Shown here: positions 59,905 to 64,000 of the stretch, in pieces | Layout of the letters: each line of letters begins with the position of its first letter | How positions within the stretch are numbered: the stretch's first letter is position 1 | Source: a virus | Lineage: Duplodnaviria > Caudoviricetes | Length of the DNA: 64,000 nt | Virus record (IMG/VR): IMGVR_UViG_3300007747_000009 | Coordinates: 44,898 to 108,897 of that record | Strand: one strand, 5' to 3' | Notes under the pieces: model-generated | What the model saw: the letters and a program-made list of their open reading frames with translations, nothing else | Told to the model about the DNA's origin: nothing | Databases searched by the model: none | Position numbers and translations under genes: made by a program

Positions 59905-60017
59905 GAAAGTATTGTAAGCCGTGCCTCTGGCAAAATCCAGTATAAGTCCGTACAGCTTAGCTAATACCACGTTATCCCTACTCAGAGAACTACCAAACGA
60001 GGGGCGACAATACTTTC
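59905..60017. ncRNA. Candidate small structured RNA
   Basis: 11-bp terminal inverted repeat GAAAGTATTGT/ACAATACTTTC with inner pairings; intergenic; GC-richer than flanks. Confidence 0.35.
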
Positions 60018-60038
60018 CCAATTAATTAAAGAGGCAAT

Positions 60039-60659
60039 ATGAATTCATGTGAAAAGTACTGGTGGATTACCGAACATCCAGCGTTCCGCAACAAGGATCA
60101 CGTTGGTATAACTATAGATATAGAACCACATATGATTTGTAAAGAAACAAATCGTATAGAAAATTTTCGTGCACTGAACACCACACTACAACTATGGATT
60201 GAAGTGATGGTTCCGTATGATTGTGATGGTTCATTTGAGCAGAGCCACAACACTGATTTGGACTGTGGTGGTTTTACATGGGAAGAAGCTATTGACAATT
60301 TGTATGATTTGGTCCTTGAACATTATGGCAGTTACACTCAGGAAGAACTAGAGGAAAAATGGAATTCAATATTTAAAATAAAACCACGAAATATCATTGC
60401 ACCTTCTAGAAAATTAAAGGCACATTGGTCGCTTGGTAATTATAAGTGGTCTAACTATGTACTTTCGGATGACCAGTTAGAAATCTTCAGAGAAGAACAA
60501 CAAGAAACATTACAAACGATTTCAGCATTGACAAACTACAGAAAAACATGTAGTATTGATGAATATGATGCAGTTGACGATGAATTGGAAAAAGAACGTT
60601 ATACTTTGTATGTCCAGACAGAATCAATTAAACACAAGTTCAACTTGAGGAAACCATGA
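60039..60659 (+). CDS. Hypothetical protein
   Basis: 206 aa; SD GAGG. Confidence 0.8.
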   Translation: MNSCEKYWWITEHPAFRNKDHVGITIDIEPHMICKETNRIENFRALNTTLQLWIEVMVPYDCDGSFEQSHNTDLDCGGFTWEEAIDNLYDLVLEHYGSYTQEELEEKWNSIFKIKPRNIIAPSRKLKAHWSLGNYKWSNYVLSDDQLEIFREEQQETLQTISALTNYRKTCSIDEYDAVDDELEKERYTLYVQTESIKHKFNLRKP

Positions 60660-61021
60660 CCCATATACAGAAGTTAGTTTCAGTACTGAAAAATATACCA
60701 CCGCTGCCTCAGAATGGTGGACGCAAGCAACATCGCGTCATTGCTCGGGCATTGGATAAAAAAGGTCGCATTTTAGCTACTAAGACTAATACGTATACGG
60801 TTTCGCATCCAGTCCAAAAACACTTTGCAGTACTGGCAGGTAGACCTGAAGCAATCTTTTTACACGCCGAGATTGCTACACTTATCGCCGCCAAATCAGA
60901 TGTACACACACTTCTTATTGCTAGGATTGATACTAATGGTAATCCTATTAAAGCTGCACCATGTGAGATATGCACAATTGCAATCCAACGTTATGGTGTA
61001 AAAGAAATCATCCATACCTAG
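60656..61021 (+). CDS. Zn-dependent cytidine deaminase-fold protein
   Basis: LHAEIA and PCEIC. Confidence 0.75.
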   Translation: MTHIQKLVSVLKNIPPLPQNGGRKQHRVIARALDKKGRILATKTNTYTVSHPVQKHFAVLAGRPEAIFLHAEIATLIAAKSDVHTLLIARIDTNGNPIKAAPCEICTIAIQRYGVKEIIHT

Positions 61022-61029
61022 GAGAACAA

Positions 61030-61473
61030 ATGATTATTGACATTAATGCTGTAGTAAAAGACGAAAGTTTTGTAGGTAAAAAGCTATGGGTTTGTGATTA
61101 TAGAAAAACTATTGATAAAAAAGCTGCAAGGCATGTTAAACCAACTGAAATTTACATTGCCGGTAAAAAAGACTTTGATGAAGCTGGGCTATCCCCGCGT
61201 ATCTATTATAGTGCAGTTGGATTTGCAACACTCAAAAAAGATGGTTCACCGAACTTAAAGAAACTAATTCCACCATTTGATAATACTGGATATCGTTCAT
61301 ACGCTGGTGTTGGTGTCGCCGTATTTGATAATGAAAATGAATGTATTGACTATTATAATGGTCAAGTTGAAGCGACAGTAGCAATGTATGAAATTAAAAT
61401 TCAGCATGTTATTGGGCAACTATCTCAGGAAATGCAAGAGATTAAAAACCTTTCTATCGCCAAGAGATCATAA
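61030..61473 (+). CDS. Hypothetical protein (paralog pair)
   Basis: SD AGGAG; WVCDY..VKPTE..VFDNENECIDYYN. Confidence 0.75.
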   Translation: MIIDINAVVKDESFVGKKLWVCDYRKTIDKKAARHVKPTEIYIAGKKDFDEAGLSPRIYYSAVGFATLKKDGSPNLKKLIPPFDNTGYRSYAGVGVAVFDNENECIDYYNGQVEATVAMYEIKIQHVIGQLSQEMQEIKNLSIAKRS

Positions 61474-61474
61474 A

Positions 61475-61834
61475 ATGAAGACTGAATTTTTAGTTCAAAT
61501 CAAAAATGGATTAGCTGAAAATAAAAAATTCTTTGTATGTGGTTATGCTAATCCTAATTTACGTAATAAACCACAATCAAATATTAAACCAGTAGAAGTA
61601 ACTTTTGTGCGTAATAATCCAGCATCACCATTCAGGACTGGATTATATTACAATGATCGCTGTTGTTATCTTCTAATTGCGAAAACAGATAAAGGTCAAA
61701 TAATCAGTGCATCCAACCACATTTATGTATTTGATGACTATGAATCCGCAGTACAGCATTATAATGAAGAAGTCCAAAAAGTTGCTGATGCTTACTCAAA
61801 ACTACTAACCAAAACACTAGGAAATAAAATATGA
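61475..61834 (+). CDS. Hypothetical protein (paralog pair)
   Basis: FVCGY..IKPVE..VFDDYESAVQHYN. Confidence 0.75.
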   Translation: MKTEFLVQIKNGLAENKKFFVCGYANPNLRNKPQSNIKPVEVTFVRNNPASPFRTGLYYNDRCCYLLIAKTDKGQIISASNHIYVFDDYESAVQHYNEEVQKVADAYSKLLTKTLGNKI

Positions 61835-62004
61835 CAACTGTGTTTAAAAAAGAGTATGACGGTGAAAGTATTTGTGATTTAGAACGTGATATTCTTGAAT
61901 CATTTGATGAACGTTTTAACCCAGCAGCATCAGTAATTACACTTGATGATAATTATATCCCAAAAGGTCGGTTCATTGTCACCGTAGAATGGAAGCCTGA
62001 ATAA
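61831..62004 (+). CDS. Small hypothetical protein (57 aa; not in ORF track)
   Basis: ATGA overlap; MTTVFKKEYDGESICDLERD... Confidence 0.65.
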   Translation: MTTVFKKEYDGESICDLERDILESFDERFNPAASVITLDDNYIPKGRFIVTVEWKPE

Positions 62005-62411
62005 TGGACAGAACAGAACTCAAACATTACAAATTAGTATCTGATATATTTAAAGTACTTAACTTTGAACCCGGTGAGGCTGAAAAAGAACTTGGAACTC
62101 GGGGTTACGATCTTTATAAAAAAAGTGCGGTAGCATTCAGTGTAAAACATAATAGTAAATCTAAATCTCTGTTGGTATCAGTTGGTGGTGGTCATTCTTA
62201 TAATCTTTACTACTATAAAGAAAAAAGTAATGAGAAATGTTTGAGTACACAAGTCCTAGATGAAGAAGAATATTTTCAACAGTCTATTGTTAGGAATTTA
62301 GTACTTACACGTGAACAACTTTATGATATTGAAAATTTAATGCAAGAATTTGATGGTGCAATTAATATCCATATTGGTTTATATGAGGATGGTTGCCGTG
62401 CTAACGTATAA
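62004..62411 (+). CDS. FQ-motif paralog family protein (isolated copy)
   Basis: DEEEYFQQSIVRN. Confidence 0.7.
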   Translation: MDRTELKHYKLVSDIFKVLNFEPGEAEKELGTRGYDLYKKSAVAFSVKHNSKSKSLLVSVGGGHSYNLYYYKEKSNEKCLSTQVLDEEEYFQQSIVRNLVLTREQLYDIENLMQEFDGAINIHIGLYEDGCRANV

Positions 62412-62835
62412 AGATAATATTGACATTCCCGAGTACTATAAAACTCGTTCAGGGTGTGAGTTATTAGGTTTCATGCCAGCATTAGACCACGAACGTCATT
62501 CGTACTATACAGTTGAAAACATTCACCCAAATGCTGAGTACTTGAGAGTTTCTCCTGTATTTGGTAAATTCAGCGATACTAAAACAGATTTAGAGTACTG
62601 GTACGAAAAACCTCCCGGAAAAGGAATGAAAGAAGAACATCGCCTACAGCATGAATTTTATAGGGATGAATTTCTAGAACGCCTTGAAACACACAAGTAC
62701 TGTGTATGGTTCGAAGGATGTGATGATGGTGATAGTTTTATGAGATTCGAAAGTAAAGAAAAAGCATTAGAGTTTTTAGAAGAAATTGAATTATTCGATG
62801 AAATTTACGAACACCCATTACGTCAAATGTGGTAA
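62389..62835 (+). CDS. Hypothetical protein
   Basis: About 148 aa; start uncertain. Confidence 0.7.
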   Translation: MVAVLTYKDNIDIPEYYKTRSGCELLGFMPALDHERHSYYTVENIHPNAEYLRVSPVFGKFSDTKTDLEYWYEKPPGKGMKEEHRLQHEFYRDEFLERLETHKYCVWFEGCDDGDSFMRFESKEKALEFLEEIELFDEIYEHPLRQMW

Positions 62836-62837
62836 TT

Positions 62838-62866
62838 AAAAGCACCCTAGGGTGCTTTTGTTGTTT
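62838..62866 (+). terminator. Intrinsic terminator
   Basis: AAAAGCACC-CTAG-GGTGCTTTT then GTTGTTT. Confidence 0.7.
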
Positions 62867-62909
62867 GTACAGAACATGAACAGACTGCCATTTCCTTGAT
62901 CTAGATCAA

Positions 62910-62938
62910 GGGACGAAGTGGGTTATATGTGATATAAT
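62910..62938 (+). promoter_or_regulatory. Promoter GGGACG-N17-TATAAT with TGTGA extended -10
   Basis: Recurring motif upstream of nrdD. Confidence 0.65.
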
Positions 62939-62986
62939 CAATGAGTGATGCGTAAATAATTCACCTATATGACACGGAGAGTCGAA

Positions 62987-64000
62987 ATGAAAAATGATGA
63001 TTTATACAATGATGTAACAAATTTCTTAAACCAAAGTAATGCGGATTTGTTAAATGAAAATGCAAATAAAGATGCAAAAATAGTTAATACACACCGGGAT
63101 TTACTTGCGGGAATACTTTCCAAGCACTGGGCAACTGAAAAATTATCTGATGATTTAATACAATGGCATAACGATGGTTATGGTCATATTCACGATTTAG
63201 ACTATTTTATTTCCCCACTTACAAATTGTTGTTTAGTAAACTACCGGGACATGTTAGAGAATGGATTCAAGATCGGTAATGCACAAGTTGGTACTCCCAA
63301 CAGTATTGGAGTTGCCAGTACAGTACTAACACAGATAGTACTTGCAGTCTCGGCTTCACAATATGGCGGTCAATCCCTCGCACACATCGACTTTGGCCTT
63401 GAGCCATACGTTGAGAAGTCCTACAAGAAGCTACAGCAGCTTCAATCAGAATTCAACCTACCAGACAGCTACGTTGAAAAAACCCTCCAGAAAGAGGTAT
63501 ACGACGCAATGCAAGCACTTTTGTACCAAGTGAACACTATAACCTCCAGTAATGGTCAAACTCCATTCGTCACGATCAGTTTGGGCTTAAATACCTCCAA
63601 ATTTGGGCAAATGATCACAGATGCGTACTTAAAGGTTCATGAGAAAGGTTTGGGTGTTGATGGTAATACTCCAGTGTTTCCTAAAGTAGTTTTCTTCTTA
63701 GAAGAAGGTACTAACTTAAATCCTGAAGATCCTAACTATTTCTTAAAAGAACAAGCAATGAAGACTGCTGCTAAGAGAATATACCCAGATTTTGTTTCAG
63801 TACCATTAAATCATAAAGTAACCGGAAGCAATACCGTTGCGGTTTCGCCTATGGGTTGTCGCTCATTCTTGAGTGCTTGGGAAGATGAAAATGGAAATGA
63901 ACAATATGATGGTAGATTTAATTTGGGTGTAGTTTCTATCAATTTACCACTTCTAGCATTAGAATCAGAGACTGATGGTGAGTTTTTTGGTAAGATTGAT
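62987..64000 (+). CDS. nrdD: Anaerobic ribonucleoside-triphosphate reductase large subunit (3'-truncated by window)
   Basis: Manual translation: NENANKD, RDLLAG, HIHDLDY, TNCCL, QYGGQ, GQTPF, FPK, YPD, PMGCRSFL, GRFNLGVVSINLP. Confidence 0.92.
   Translation, partial: MKNDDLYNDVTNFLNQSNADLLNENANKDAKIVNTHRDLLAGILSKHWATEKLSDDLIQWHNDGYGHIHDLDYFISPLTNCCLVNYRDMLENGFKIGNAQVGTPNSIGVASTVLTQIVLAVSASQYGGQSLAHIDFGLEPYVEKSYKKLQQLQSEFNLPDSYVEKTLQKEVYDAMQALLYQVNTITSSNGQTPFVTISLGLNTSKFGQMITDAYLKVHEKGLGVDGNTPVFPKVVFFLEEGTNLNPEDPNYFLKEQAMKTAAKRIYPDFVSVPLNHKVTGSNTVAVSPMGCRSFLSAWEDENGNEQYDGRFNLGVVSINLPLLALESETDGEFFGKID

Noticed and set aside
59905-60017. Retron msr/msd interpretation of the inverted-repeat element
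   Set aside because: No reverse transcriptase in the window and no long msd hairpin.
63342-63533. 63 aa ORF in the track
   Set aside because: Out-of-frame shadow inside nrdD, which the track missed because it has no stop within the window.
1-64000. tRNA, rRNA, CRISPR arrays, introns, inteins
   Set aside because: None recognised by eye; conserved enzymes are of normal length. tRNAscan or Infernal would be needed to exclude them fully.

Overview
AT-rich, gene-dense, almost entirely + strand segment of a large lytic dsDNA phage. Gene content resembles the enterobacterial jumbo myoviruses (Rak2/GAP32/121Q-like); this taxonomy is inference. Recognisable genes: phage Dam-type N6-adenine methyltransferase, HxGH nucleotidyltransferase, HD (SpoT/Mesh1-like) hydrolase, RNA ligase 1, polynucleotide kinase/phosphatase, an inverted HNH-NUMOD3 homing endonuclease, Ser/Thr phosphatase, ATP-dependent DNA ligase, metallophosphoesterase, ClpP, dCMP deaminase, two inverted Ig-domain virion genes, NadM-Nudix plus NAMPT (NAD salvage), an Acb1-like 2H phosphodiesterase, Sir2, Nudix, a cyclic-phosphate receiver domain, PIN-PhoH and the 5' part of nrdD. 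The most notable unexplained signals are: (1) about 21 highly divergent 135-230 aa genes in tandem arrays sharing one short motif, EExxFQ(Y/L)STxxD/ExPx(Y/F)ExL; (2) roughly 10-fold over-representation of the palindrome AGTACT in all reading frames; (3) a roughly 650 nt hairpin-dense non-coding region behind a promoter, plus two smaller candidate ncRNAs; (4) a GGGACA-N16/17-TATAAT promoter class, promoter boxes embedded in inverted repeats, and GGA-loop leader hairpins in front of metabolic genes. All calls come from reading motifs by eye; no database searches were run.
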